Of a DNA stretch of 64,000 nt, positions 51,146-64,000 are shown piece by piece. A program made the translations under genes and the position numbers. The stretch lies in NCBI GenBank assembly GCA_951406725.2, contig OX597816.1, forward strand, positions 93,062,001-93,126,000, in the 5' to 3' direction. The notes below the pieces were generated by a model. The model was not told where the DNA came from and searched no databases. It saw nothing but the letters and a program-made list of their open reading frames with translations. This stretch comes from Octopus vulgaris (taxonomy: Eukaryota). Numbering within the stretch: the stretch's first letter is position 1; every line of letters begins with the position of its first letter.

Positions 51146-52906
51146 ACACACACACATACATTCATGCATATATAAGCAAACACAGACATGCATTTATATA
51201 CTTATATTCATGCACTCATACACGCACACACACATTATGCAGAATGCAGTGCAAATCAGATATCAGATGAACTGAAATGAATTTAGAAAGCCTAACTGTC
51301 AAAGAAATACAAACATATTCTTTCAATGCTTTTGAAGTGTGGGAAAAAGATACGTGGTAGAGCTATCTTAAAGAACTGTTTCATGTTTTGTCGATTGCTC
51401 CTCTGAGAAAACATACTAGGTTTACCTCTCTGATCAACAGAAAGTTGCAAGTTCAGTTTGCAGAAACGAGATTTGGCCCAATGCTAAACAGGTGTTTTCC
51501 TATATTTATTTTTATGTGACTTATCTGAGTTGTTTAAATCTGCTCCATATTTATATAATGTTATTTAATGCTGTAGTTCTAAATATCTGAGTTTATTTTT
51601 GTTAATTAGTTATTGAACATTTTGTAGAATTATGCCTTAGATTATATCAGTTGGAATGTGTTGTGCTCAACACCTATGTCTAAATTCTATGTTAAATGCT
51701 ACTGTATCAGTTTTTGGTAGTTTTACTTCAGCAAAGAGATTAGCAATTTTACATTTAATTCACCATGCTTGTATCACACACATGGTCCTTTGTCATCTCC
51801 TTTGTGAAGTGTAAACATCTTCACTTCACTCCAAGTCTTTCTCTATCTCCCTCTTCTGGTTTCATTCACTTTGAGTTCATAATTCTTTATACAGCTCTCA
51901 TCCTCTATACGTATCATATGCTCATATGAACACAATGTTTTCTATTGCACACTACATCTGGTTTCTTCTAATTTCAATTTTTCTTTCAGCTCATTTGTAC
52001 TTTGTCATTCATGCACACTAATATTACACACCCAGTGAAGCAAGCTTGATTTATTGCTTTCCAATCTTCACAAATCCTTTACACCCAAGACCTTTGAATG
52101 CAGTAAGCATACTGTACACTTCATACACAAGCATTTTACAATCTGCTCATCACTTCTTGAGAGAATCCTTTTAATGTCAGCTGAGGTAATATCTCCCAGA
52201 ACTTTTTCCACTCTGTTGTCACTTTGGCTATAATGCTTTCAGAACACCTTTTTCCACTGGAACAAAAGATATCAACTATTACAAGGGAGCTTTCAAGGTA
52301 TTTGAAAGAATCTATATTCCCTTGCACTCTCAGTGCTCATTGCTGCAATGTACCTGTTGCATATGTAATCTGCATTTATTGTTATCCTGTCTGTTATCCC
52401 ACTACATCTCCTGTGCATCCAGGTTTACACTGGGTACTCTGCATGAAATTCCTACAAACTCCTTTACGACATATCAAACATGGCCATTTTCCTGATGGGA
52501 GCAGGGTCTTATCCACTCTCATACAAACTGATACAAGGTTGCTTAATAGCCACCAGATCACAGAGCAGTGGAACCCAATGAAAAGCCTTTTCTGAGTTGA
52601 CAAATGCCACATATAGGGGCTTACACTCAGCTAAGTACCTCTCTTGCTGTTGTCTCAATAGGAAGATAGCATCAGTAGTACTTCTCCATGGCACAAAGTG
52701 AAACAGCATCTCATCCATGTTGACTCTCTTCTGAATCATTCACTACGTGGATGACTAGCTCATGCTCTATTTTGCTAAACACTTTAAGAATCTCTGTAGT
52801 TATACCTGATGGATTGAGTGTCTTCCTTGTGTTCATATCCTTAACCACTGTCCAGCAGCTCTCAGCTATGGTGTGATCCAGTATATGTGCAATATCATAG
52901 GCTTGT
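49395..52906. repeat. 1069-bp near-identical inverted duplication (49395-50463 / 51838-52906) of a decayed RTE fragment
   Basis: Mirror-image ORFs (coordinate sums 102301); only a handful of mismatches seen by eye; content includes FVPWRSTTDAIFLLRQQQE RT-region remnant. Confidence 0.97.
50840..50905 (+). repeat. 22-bp tandem repeat x3 (aattggtacagcaacctcataa)
   Basis: Directly visible, perfect copies. Confidence 0.95.
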
Positions 52907-53519
52907 GTCCTGTTACCTATATGATTCAGAAGTGCCAGCTCAGACTCCTTGCCCATGATGCTTGGTTTTGCGACTTAGACCCTACTTACTGTGTTCCCTT
53001 CACTGAGGATCCAGACGGACTGACAGCTCGTGCTGGTTGACCACATGTCATATGGTCATAGCAGATGAGAAGATATCGGGTGGAGATGGAGACTAAGTAA
53101 GACTCTGCTCAACAAGTTACCTGGGAGGACCCAGGAATATGCTGAAGAATGGTGAAAACAGCAATGTGCTGCCATGGTCCATGCCTCTATACTTGACCTG
53201 ACCTTTGACATAGTAATTCTCTTCCAAATATGAATGGAGAGAGACTCATAGTGAGAGTCAATTGAGTATCAAAAACCTGTGAAGCTAAAGATGAGGATAA
53301 CACTAAGAGCCTGTATTTCAGTGTTATCTTCATCTTGGGATGAGAAGGAGAGCCTGTATTTCAGAGCTTACCAGAATGATAGTTTGCCCAAGTCGAGATG
53401 GATATTTTTATCATAGAGTGCAGAAACGTACAGGCTAAGTTTTAGCAGATGCAGTACCAATTGTCTCCTCTACTGACAGCTTTTACGATACTTTTGAGCA
53501 TGTGGAGTCTGCAGGTAGG

Positions 53520-53800
53520 GGTCACAAATCAAACTCAACAATTTGTTCACCAGTTCACATATCTTGGCAGCACTCTTTCAAGAATCATCATCATCAATGA
53601 AAACATCAAAAGCAGAGTTGACTATTTGCATTGATCAAAAATATGCAGAGCCATATTTTGAGCCATAATTTCACCGTATGCTTGTGGGACATAGGTTCAA
53701 CAGAACAAAATGAAGCTTAATAGATTTCACCTGAACTGTTGGCACAAAATTCTGTGCATTCATAGGCAGAACAAGGTATCAAACACCTCAATATATTAAC
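53520..53800 (+). mobile_element. RTE-like LINE RT-end remnant
   Basis: FVHQFTYLGSTLS and KLNRFHLNCWHKILCI motifs. Confidence 0.55.
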
Positions 53801-54863
53801 ATCCAGTGTTTCCCAGCATCCACTCTCATATATGATAGAACCCAACTGTGCAGAAGGTGCTGAAAAGGTCAAGAGTCACCAGTACAGGAACAGAAAGGAA
53901 ATTATCAGCCACTCTTAGGCACATCAATGAAATATAGTATGGCCATCATCTGAAGAGATGGATACAAAGAGACATGTAAATAATACTATTCTTCAAAATT
54001 CTTTGAAACTAAGACACCAATGTGACTATGTGGAATCATGAGAAAGTGTCTTCTGTTGTAGCAACAGGTTGTATAAAACATCATGTGGAATTTGAGAGAT
54101 AGGCACAGTACACAAATCCACCGTGTAGATGCATACATAAAAACAGATGAAATAAGTACCAGATTGAAATATGTACTGGGGTTATATGATCAACTAAATC
54201 TTGAAGTGGCACCTCAGTATGACTGCTCTCTGATAAATAAAACTAGTAAAAGAAATGAGTAAAATAAAAAATAGAAAAATATATTTCTTTGCTTTCATCT
54301 CTAGACATAACCACACAAATATAGCCATACATATTTCTAATAGGAATTCTTAAAAAAAAAAGAAATACTGCCTTTATAGTAATTTACTATTTCTTTCTTT
54401 GAAATTCTCAGATCACTTGACCAAATTTTCTCTTCAACTTCTTTCGCACCAATATTTATTCATTAGCCTTTGGTTTCAGCAGTTATTTCATAACAGAAAT
54501 ATGTCTACTTCACTTCAAAATTTTTATGAATCTGGACATAATCTACTTGCTGACATTACACTCTTCATCTTTTCTTCTGTTAAGAATTCGGTAGAACTTT
54601 TATTTCTTCTCCTTATACATCAATCAAGAAAATGATTATGCTTAAAAAGCAATATGAATATCTTTAAATTTCTTTGAATTTGTTAGAATTTCTATAAATA
54701 TAGCTATATTTTCTCTGCAATTATCTTGTTTCGAGATTATCTACATGAATAAAGTCTAGAAACATATTTTTGATATTTCTTTCATAACCTTTTTGTTATA
54801 TGTGTAAGTTGTTTAAACACTCACATATACACACACACATACACACACACTCTCTCTTCTCTT

Positions 54864-54936
<73 letters not shown>

Positions 54937-55019
54937 TACATATTTTACTTGCTTGAACTGAAAGAAGAAGCAGTGCCCATGGCTTTCACTGGCATATCAA
55001 AGCCAGTATGATAAACACT

Positions 55020-55500
55020 GTTAACATTCCACTTGAATTGCAAGTTTGTGACTGCGTAAAAGACATAGGCTAAGAGGTAATTCCAGCCAGTATATGCTGA
55101 GGCTGAAGGACAGAGTATAATGGTTAGTGTGAGGCATGGAGAGGTGAACACAAAATGGATAATGAGTGGAAGAGAGACAGATGACTTGAGAGTGCTTGAG
55201 TGAAAATTGCAGGAAGCTAGTCTGCTCAAAGGAAGAGAGATCATTGTAGTAGTGGTAGAAAAGACAGAGAGAAGAAACGATACATTTGTGGACCAAAGAT
55301 TGGAGCATGTCTGAGAGTGACTTAATGCTTATCCGTAAGGTGGCCATTCTCTGAATGTGGAACAGGATGTCTATGTACAGCAGCAGTAACACTGTTTTAT
55401 CATACTCTCTTGTGGATTTTACCTATCTTTGTAGAGGATCCGTAATAGTTAGGGGCTGAAGTATTTTGTGGGTTCCAAAGTGGAAGGTCAATCTTTGGTA
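55020..55500 (-). mobile_element. CR1/Jockey-like LINE 3' remnant
   Basis: LQSLVHKCIVSSLCLFYHYYN and TNHYTLSF resemble CR1-type C-termini. Confidence 0.55.
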
Positions 55501-57544
55501 TGCAATCCTAGCTATGTTAAAGTATGTATTTACCATGAAATATCTACAGTGACAGCAAGGCCTAAGCAGTTGGAAAAAATTGCATATACTATCAAACTAC
55601 ATGTTAGGGAGGTTTATTTGCAAGCTTAGCTGTAGAAGCTTAAATACATAAAATATGGTGTTTGGAGTAAATATTTTGAGTTAATGAAGAAAACTGTTTT
55701 ATTTTAAGAATGAAGGAACTTGAAAGTTTGGTGTGGTTTGATTTTTTTCTCCCAAAAAGAAATATTCTCTTAACTGAGAATTGAAATTAGATTGTGCATC
55801 TTTTACAAATCACAATAAAAAACAGATAAACAATAAAATTTTGATTGCATAGTGTCATAGTTAATCAAATAAATATAAATCATGCCTGTTGAAATATATG
55901 ATCATTAGCAAGATTACACTAGAGTCGACTCTAAAACAAAGTATCTCCATAGACTCAATCATGACATTTGATCACTGTAGAGATAAGACATCTACATTTC
56001 TCAGTGAAGAATACATTGGAGCAGCTTCTTGTCAACATTCTCAGGTAAGAGGACATAAACTCAGCAAAACAAACTTATTGATTTCAAATTACCCAGAAAT
56101 CTATGAAGCATCAGAATTAGTAAAAATGATAGAAATGCTTTACAATATTGAATTTCATATTTCTACATCAGAGTTAATTCTCATTGAGTTTGGTCAATTC
56201 AAATTACTCTACTTATTTCCCTAAAAATTTGTTATCTTGTGGTTACATACAAAGTTGATTAAATGGCTTCTTTATTACAGTATCTATGCCATGGCATCTA
56301 TATACTAGGTAAGTGGGCTGCATTAAATGAAAAGATATTTGTTAAGGCCAGATGCAAATGACATGATGTGAACCACAATCTTTTGGTTTGTAGTTTGGCA
56401 TCCTATCCACTTAGCCATCAGCAATTGTTGTCAGAGATGTAATTAAACGTAACTTATAACAATTTCAATTTGGTGAATCAATTCCTAAAAATAATACACA
56501 AATACATTAGCTCTCTATACAACTAATCTTAAAAAAACTCAGTTTAGCTTCTGATGAAAAATGCAATAGAAAACAAATGAAAAACGCTTCAAATGAGTGT
56601 TACAAAGCATTAATAGTAAGTGCATTATAATATAACAGTAGAAGATTGCAACCTCTAGCATTAATATCACAGTAAAATTTATTTCATTGCCTCTTGGTTT
56701 CTTTAATGATAACTCAACACAGCAATAATCATAAATTTACAATTTTCATTCATCCTTAATATTTTTCAAGTATGTTATTTAAGATACTACAACGTTGTAA
56801 CATATAATTACATTTGCAACAAAAGATGTTAAACTGATATTTAAACACCTAGATAAAAAAATATATATATATATATGTATATTTATGATTGTGATTGTTA
56901 CTTTTATGTTTTTTAGATATGATAGATTTTTTCTTAAACTAATTCTTTTTCAAATATGTATTTGTATAATGCTACACAGAATACTGTAATGTGTTATTCA
57001 TCCAAAACAACTATACATTGGTATGATTACATATAGTTTGTGTAAGAGAATGCACTGCTACAGTGCTCTGTACTGTATTTGTGGATGCTACTGTGCATGT
57101 GTAATGAAATGTAAAATATTGGTAAAAGGCCACAAATTGGGCTTCAATACAAGACAAGTGGTTATTTAATTGCCCCCCGAGGGAAAATAAAATACAAAAT
57201 TGACCTCATTGGCAGTTGAACTCGCAACATATGTGAATAGAATTAAATGCTGAAAGGAAATTAAGCGTACTACTATTTCTGGCAGTCCACCACATTTTAG
57301 TTTGATTAGCTACAAGGCTAATTCTTGTATAGGAGTGTATAATGTTGATTATCAGACATTAAATTTCTTTTTCGGTCTGTCAGGAAGGGCATATGAAATA
57401 TATTTAAATTTCTAAGACATGTAAACAAAAAATACAAGTTTTTACCAGCCTGCTGGTTATTTGTGATACCAGTACCTTCTCATTAGTCACTGTTTCTCTA
57501 TATGTTAGTGAGGGCAATCAGAATATAGTAATAGTGTATACTGG

Positions 57545-57585
57545 CTGCTGATGAAGTGCAAACACACCGAAATCATATGATCTGG
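57545..57585 (+). ncRNA. Putative hammerhead core, stem I degenerate
   Basis: CTGATGA-A-GTG caaaca CAC c-GAAA-TCATATGA-TC with palindromic stem III ATCATATGAT. Confidence 0.45.
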
Positions 57586-58063
57586 GGTTCTACCATCAGT
57601 GCTGGATAATTTTCATATATTACTGATATTTCTGTGCTTTAAGCACTAAACATCTATTCAAGACACTCTCTAAAGATGAATACTGCAGCATTACAGCATT
57701 CTTGCAATACATTTATGCTAAGTAAGATATAAAGATTGCTATTCCATACTAATACTGCTTCTGTCACTAATATCTAATTTTTACATGTAAAAAAACTGAC
57801 ATCTGAAAAATAGAGTCTGTATGAAAGTATTAAGGAACTTCAAACTTCCTAAAAATCTTTTATTATTGTTTTTGGGAAAGTTTAAGTAGACACCATCATA
57901 TATCTCTATTATCAGTAAGGTTTATGAAAGAATGGTGAACAAATTTTCACTAAAATTCTTTTAATTTTTCTCCCAGAGATGCCTTGTATTCATAAAATCT
58001 TACACACAGCATATAGTAGTGGCAGGTTGGCAACTTTTATATTGATAGGCAGATGTAAATCTG

Positions 58064-58103
<40 letters not shown>

Positions 58104-58139
58104 AATATTTTAATATTAAATCTAGTCAGACATCACTGG

Positions 58140-59520
58140 ATTAATACAAGTTACCTTTAACCTCTATTGATGCAAGAGGTGCTTGAAGTGGTGGCCATTA
58201 GCTTTCAGACACTTATTAAATTAATACAAAGTTACCTTTAACCTTTTTTTTTATTTTTGCCTGACAATTTCACAGATTCGTGATGAGTTTGAAACACATG
58301 GTACAGTGTATGATGTGCAGAAGAAGAAATCCAGCTGACCTCATACAGTAACAAGTGCAGCTTCCTCGGCTATGCTGTTGAAATGTTTCACACACTTGCC
58401 ACAGAAGACTACAGCACAATGTACATGTGAGACAGAAATAAGTAGTACAAGCATTTGGTACATTGTTAAAAGAGCTAAGTGGAAAGCTTATACATCAAAA
58501 TTATTAAATGCAATTAACAATGATGATCCTGATCAAAGAACCAGGTTTAGTGAGTGGTTTCAACACATGGTAAGTGAGGATGAAAAGTTTCTAGGGATGG
58601 TTGCATGGTCTGATGAAGCACAATTTTAGCTAAATGGAACAGTGAACTGACATAACTGTGTTTACTGGGCATCAGAAAATCCTGACTTGACTGGGGATAG
58701 AGCAGTCAATTTACTGGTTGGGTTAGTGAGGGTCAATGTCTGATGTATCATCAAGAGGTTTAATAGAAATATTTATCTTTGAAGGTACCATTACTAATCA
58801 AGCATACCTAGACAATACATGTCCATTTTACCTGTATTATATGCACTTTATGAAAATGATAATTTTTTCTTTCAAGATGGCACACTGTGACATTAGTGCC
58901 AAGACATGCCAGCTTACTGGGGTGTAAATTTGCAAGGACTCTAGATAAGATGAAGAGATGCAACTGAGTTCTCTGCTCATTCTTCTGATTTAACACCAGC
59001 AGACTTTAGATTATGGAGCACCTTAGAGAATGTCGTATATTGGAGAAAACCAACTACACTGACAGCCCTTCAGAAAGAAACAGAAAAATAATGTGCAACA
59101 ACACCTCTAGACACTTTGGCCAACATTGCCCAAGCAGCAGTTGACCATACTAATAAGTGTCTAGAAGCAACACTTGTCATTGTAGAAGTTAAAGATAACT
59201 TGTTTTAATCTTGCAATATCTGCATGAATTTAAAGGTAGTGAGATGGCAGAAACATTAGCACACTGGGTGAAAAGCTTAGGGATATTTTGATTGTCTTTA
59301 TGTTCTGAGTTCAAATTCTGCTGAGGTTGACTTTGCCTTTCATCCTTTTGTGGTTGATAAATTAAGTATCCGTTGTGTACCGGAGTTGATCTAATCGACT
59401 GGCTACCTCCCCAAAAATTTCAGGCCATGTGCCTAGAGTAGAAAAGAATATCTGCATGAATTTAGTTTTAATTTTTTTTTTTCTTGAAGTGTGTATATAT
59501 CTTTTTGGTGGATTGTGTGT
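58140..59520 (+). mobile_element. Decayed Tc1/mariner-superfamily element (WSDEA-type DDE transposase)
   Basis: WSDEAQF*LNGTVN*HNCVYWASENP, FFFQDG, SSDLTPADFRLW motifs; SINE inserted near right end. Confidence 0.85.
59233..59446 (+). mobile_element. SINE family B with 18-bp TSD
   Basis: aatatctgcatgaattta at 59215-59232 and 59447-59464. Confidence 0.9.
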
Positions 59521-59559
59521 GTATGTGTGTGTAATATATATATATATACTTATATAATT

Positions 59560-60070
59560 GGAATTTGAAGAGGGTGTTGCTCTTTGAGCTTATCCCATGC
59601 AGTGAACACTAAACTTTATGCTGAACAACCACAGCAAATATATGATACTTTGAAAGCCTACTATCCAGAATTGGTCACTTGAAGATGCACACTCTTACAG
59701 CACGATAATGCCCCAGCACACCCTTTTGTGTCTAAGCACACAGTTGAGGAACTTGAGAGGCTGGAAGTGTTGCTTCTCCCAGCCTATGGTGCAGACTTAA
59801 AACATCAGAGTACCGACTATTCTGAGTCATGACTCATTTCTTGCATAGATGGAAATTCGACAATGTGAATGATGTAGAAAGTGGGTGCAGAGGGTTTTTA
59901 TGCCTGTGAACCAGTCATATGGTATAACCGTAGAATTGAGCTTCCAGTACTACAATGGCAACAGACAATGGAACATTATGGGATATGTTTTATGAATAAA
60001 CACTTTTTGTATGTAGCTTGTTTGAACTATTAATTAAAGCTTGAAATACAAAAACTTTTAGCACTACCTG
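59560..60070 (+). mobile_element. Decayed mariner transposase 3' half
   Basis: LLQHDNAPAH and LEVLLLPAYGADL (HPAYSPDL-like) motifs. Confidence 0.8.
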
Positions 60071-60429
60071 ATATCTATATATATATATATTCACAGTCAG
60101 CTGATAAATAAGTTTCCATATTGCCATTCATTGTATAAGTTCCATAACCAATCAAATAATATTTAACGAACCTAAATGAAAACATCTTGAGTTCAACCAA
60201 AGGAGCTAGTCTCATCAAGGCCTTATTATGAAAAGGTGTTTCACAGATCATGCTTCACTAGTTGCTCCTAATACTATTCATATGAGATCTCATAAATTCA
60301 CTTCATTTCACCGGTCATTAGTTCTGCATTATTAATTTATTCTCATGGCTCTTCTATCAGAAGAAATTTATCATCTTTTTCACTTTATCACTAAACAGAT
60401 TTTATGCTGTCAAATCCGCAAGTTATGTC

Positions 60430-61790
60430 TCTTTTGCAATCTTTAGCAATTGAAGTCCTTTACGTTTATTATGTATAACACATTGGCTGCTCATCTGGAA
60501 TGTAATAATATCTTACTAGAGGAGCAGAAAGATTGTTGGATGAAGATGTATTGTCATAAAGAGAGGCTGCTCTTGAATTGCAAAAGGGGGAAATTAACAT
60601 CAGCACTGGAATGGGTTGATCATCAAAAAGCCTTTGATGATATACCACATTCTTGGATATTAGAGGCACTGCATATTAATCCAGCTGCTCTGATACTAAT
60701 ATGATATATCAACCATGTACACCAAAATGGAAATAATCATATGACTACAAGGCTGAGAGGAGAAAATTAAAACAAATCTCATATCCACAAGAAGAGTTAT
60801 CTTTCAGTTAGACTTCTTAGCCCCCTTTATTAACTAGTTTGTTTCAAGAAACCACTATTAGTTATAAATGCTATGGGGAAATTATAACATCTCTTCACTA
60901 CAGATGATATGAAGCTATTTACCAGATAAAATACATTGTTGGAAAACCTACTTAAAGCTGTAAATGAATTCTGTACAGCTGTGCCACAGTTTCTGTAAGA
61001 AGAGGCAAATTAACTAAATTTGAGAATATTAAATAACACAGAGACGCTAATATGAACTGAAAACAACCCAAGCAAATACTTAGAAATAGATGAAATGTAT
61101 GAGCTACAACAGCACCAAAATTATGGATGAAAGAAATTAAAAGAGAACTATAGAGAATCAGACTAATATGCAAAACACATAACTTAGTGCTAGAAATACG
61201 ATAATAACAGATAAAAATAAACCAGCCATTCTAGTTATAAACTCCTACTCCAAAGTGAAAAATTAAAAGTTAATTCTGTTGGAGAATTTACAAAAAAAAA
61301 TTATGTGGAAACAGTAAAGTACAAACTAGATGCTAATTATAATGAAGAAAAAGATTTAAATTAAGGCAAAAACGAAGTTAAAATTTAAAAGACAAAATCA
61401 AAATAGAATTCCAAATTATAAAGAATTAATGGAGTGAAAAAACAATCAATGACCACTAACCTGCAAAACATGACAGATTGAAAGCTGACAAAAACACAAG
61501 AGCTCTGGGCAAAAAACAGATACAAAAGGTTTAATTTTAACTTCATGACATCAATGCCTAACCGCCAAACTATAAGGAAAAAATAATAAAATAAGAAGCT
61601 AGCGTAAAGTAAAGACTATGAAATTAGTACTATGAAGTGCTTGATCACATCATTTCAAGTTATACAATCCTTGCACAGTCAGAATATTACATCCACAGAT
61701 ATAATTGAATTGGTAGCCATCTCTGTTGTGAAATATTTGACATTCAATGCCTAAGAAATACTATAAGCATATACCAAAAATGCAAAATAA
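60430..61790 (+). mobile_element. Highly decayed R4/Dong-like LINE RT and zinc-knuckle remnant
   Basis: HLECNNILLEEQKDC, WVDHQKAFDDIPHSWILEAL, DDMKL, VLDHIISS..ILAQSEY. Confidence 0.75.
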
Positions 61791-62395
61791 CAATTTAGAT
61801 TATGCTTATCCTGACTGTTAAGGAGATCAAGAGGAATTGTCCAGATATAATTTTCAAGGAGGAAGGCAATAATGGTTTTACTTGAATAGACACCTCATTC
61901 TGTTTTTCTGACCACAACATGCCCAGAAAGAAGTCAAGTATATGAACATAAAACCATAGTTCAAACATCCTCACTAACATTAAATTTAATGAGCCAGAAG
62001 TGTCTAAACTAAAGAACCAAGCCTTGACAATATACTAGAGATTGGAGTAAATTATTTTCTGTATTAAGTATGCATGTCATACTGTCTCTTGAAAATAGAC
62101 TGAAAGGATTCTACACTGCTTTTTAATGGTAAACATGAAGAAGCCTAAAATGTTGTTGCTGTTGTTATTGTTTAAACTTTGGTCAGCTCTGACTGAGAAA
62201 ACCCATGATTCAAGATATTTCAGCCACGACTATCCTTCAGTTGTGAGTGTTGCTGTATTGTAAGAAGCTGCTTCTCAACCACATGGTTCCAGGTTCAGTC
62301 CCACAGCAAGGCACTGGGCAAATGCCTTCTACTATAGCCTCAGGCCAACCAATGTCTTGTGAGTGGATAAGGTAAGAAAAAATTGAAAGAAGCCC

Positions 62396-62445
<50 letters not shown>

Positions 62446-62576
62446 TTCAGCAACAATTTAGATTCAAATGAATATGGTACTTAATTTAGATGCACCAGAA
62501 TTTTGTATAGTGTTATCCATAAAAATTTGCAGGGTGATTATAATCAAAAATGAGCAACAAGAATGACTCCAGTAAT

Positions 62577-62662
62577 TTGGTACAATTGTTTCGCACTACA
62601 ACCTTTTATTAAAAGTTGTAAGTATTACAGCAGATTTAAGATGCTGAGTGCTCTTCAGCCAA
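62577..62662 (-). ncRNA. Type-I hammerhead ribozyme, antisense copy
   Basis: TTGG-CTGAAGA-GCAC...GTGC-GAAA-CAATTG-TA-CCAA. Confidence 0.75.
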
Positions 62663-62958
62663 TTATATAGGTTTTCCAATAATACAAAAGCTTTTAAATC
62701 AAGTAGTAACATTATAGAGAAGGTAGATATACAGATAAAGATGTAGATTTAAATTTTAAGAACATATGAGGTTCTAATTCTTATATCACTTCTAATTCTT
62801 ATAGCAGTTAGATACAACCACAGTTTGGTCAGTTAGTGGCTGGATTTCACAACCTCATATGTTCTTAAAATTTAAATCTACATCTTTATCTGTATATCTA
62901 CCTTCTCTATAATGTTACTACTTGATTTGAAAGCTTTTGTATTATTGGAAAACCTATA

Positions 62959-63052
62959 TAAATTGGCTGAAGAGCACTCAGCATCTTAAATCTGCTGTAA
63001 TACTTACAACTTTTAATAAAATGTTGTAGTGTGAAACAATTGTACCAATTTA
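62959..63052 (+). ncRNA. Type-I hammerhead ribozyme with long stem-II insert
   Basis: TAAATTGG-CTGAAGA-GCAC..~50 nt..GTGT-GAAA-CAATTG-TA-CCAATTTA; 8-bp stem I, palindromic stem III ACAATTGT, predicted cleavage after A63044. Confidence 0.8.
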
Positions 63053-64000
63053 CTGGAGTCATTCTTGTTGCTTATTTTTGAGATATATATATATATATAT
63101 ATATATACATGCATACAATCATACGTACATACATACATATATATTTAGAAAGGTAATGCTATGCAACTTTGTAATAATCCTTATTATTATTGTTGATATA
63201 TGTGCATGCATGTGTGTATGCATGCATGTGTGTATGCATGCATGTATGTATGCATGTGCATGTATATATGTTATGTGGTAATGTTTCAGCAAGTAGAAAA
63301 GCACTTGATCAGCTAAGATAGTAAGGATAATCTTAAATTAAAAACCACAAATTTTGCAAATAGCTGCCCAGGGTTTTGTGGTCAAATTGATAATTCATTC
63401 CAAGTTGAAAGTAACACTGTTTGTCAGTTGACTTTTTGAGTAGATAATGTTTAAACAGAAACACCTGTAAAATAAAGACAAAGATGGGAAAACACAAGAG
63501 AGATAACCCACATTACAATAATTCAATGTCAAACAGATGTAAATCAGATGTTTACTAAGGGTCCAGTTGTCTACTTTAAATTCTGACAAGATGCATTTTT
63601 TGAAATGTGGACATAAAGGGAAAAAATCTCATTTCTCAAATTCATGTATTTTTTTGAGGTTCTCAAGTGTTTTAATAGATACAGTTTTTCAAGCAAACAC
63701 ACTGAACATTTTCAAGACCCATTAATATAAGGTCTGGATTTAGAGAGGATTCCCCATTTGATATCGAAATTGGTCCCTTTGCCTCTAAGTTTTCAGATTA
63801 AAGCTAGAGGGGTTGTTGAATGTCACACCACAGTACCTAAAATTTGAAAGATGGTTGTTATATCTAGATTTAAATTTTCCTTCCATGGCTCTAATATAAT
63901 GTTTGATATTTGTATGACCATTGTTGTAGTTTACTGTGCTTCATAAACATTGGAAGATATATTGCACTCCTGTCCTAGAGGACATTTAGATTAGTAGGGA

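Larger units (their letters stand above)
62544..63081. repeat. Near-perfect foldback (arms 62544-62773 / 62851-63081) inside a (TA)n tract
   Basis: ~230-bp reverse-complement arms with few mismatches; (TA)n at 62398-62442 and 63083-63106. Confidence 0.97.

Noticed and set aside
923-63304. Many ORFs rich in YI/CV/HT/poly-I/L/D/H/K
   Set aside because: Read-through of (TA)n, (CA)n and trinucleotide microsatellites, not real proteins

Overview
AT-rich, microsatellite-saturated eukaryotic DNA. It is most likely an octopus/coleoid cephalopod intron or intergenic region (inferred from the recognisable SINE and RTE-tail families and the (TA)n/(CA)n/(ATT)n/(CAT)n load). No intact host protein-coding gene is supported; almost all listed ORFs are microsatellite read-through or decayed transposons. 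The window holds decayed Tc1/mariner, hAT and piggyBac-type DNA elements, RTE, R4/Dong-like and CR1-like LINE remnants, two tRNA-derived SINE families, and a Penelope-like (GIY-YIG) element inside a multi-level nest. The most interesting unannotated signal is a set of sequence-unrelated non-coding elements, mostly embedded in (TA)n tracts and often built as long foldbacks, that carry type-I hammerhead ribozyme cores (CUGANGA...GAAA...UH, short palindromic stem III). These include a foldback with a hammerhead on each strand (62544-63081), a putative compensatory U3-A8 variant (5621-5658), and a Penelope 3' end combining a tRNA-like Pol III head with a decayed hammerhead. A near-perfect 1.07-kb inverted duplication of an already dead LINE (49395-52906) is also present. 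All structures were read by eye and coordinates of decayed elements are approximate.
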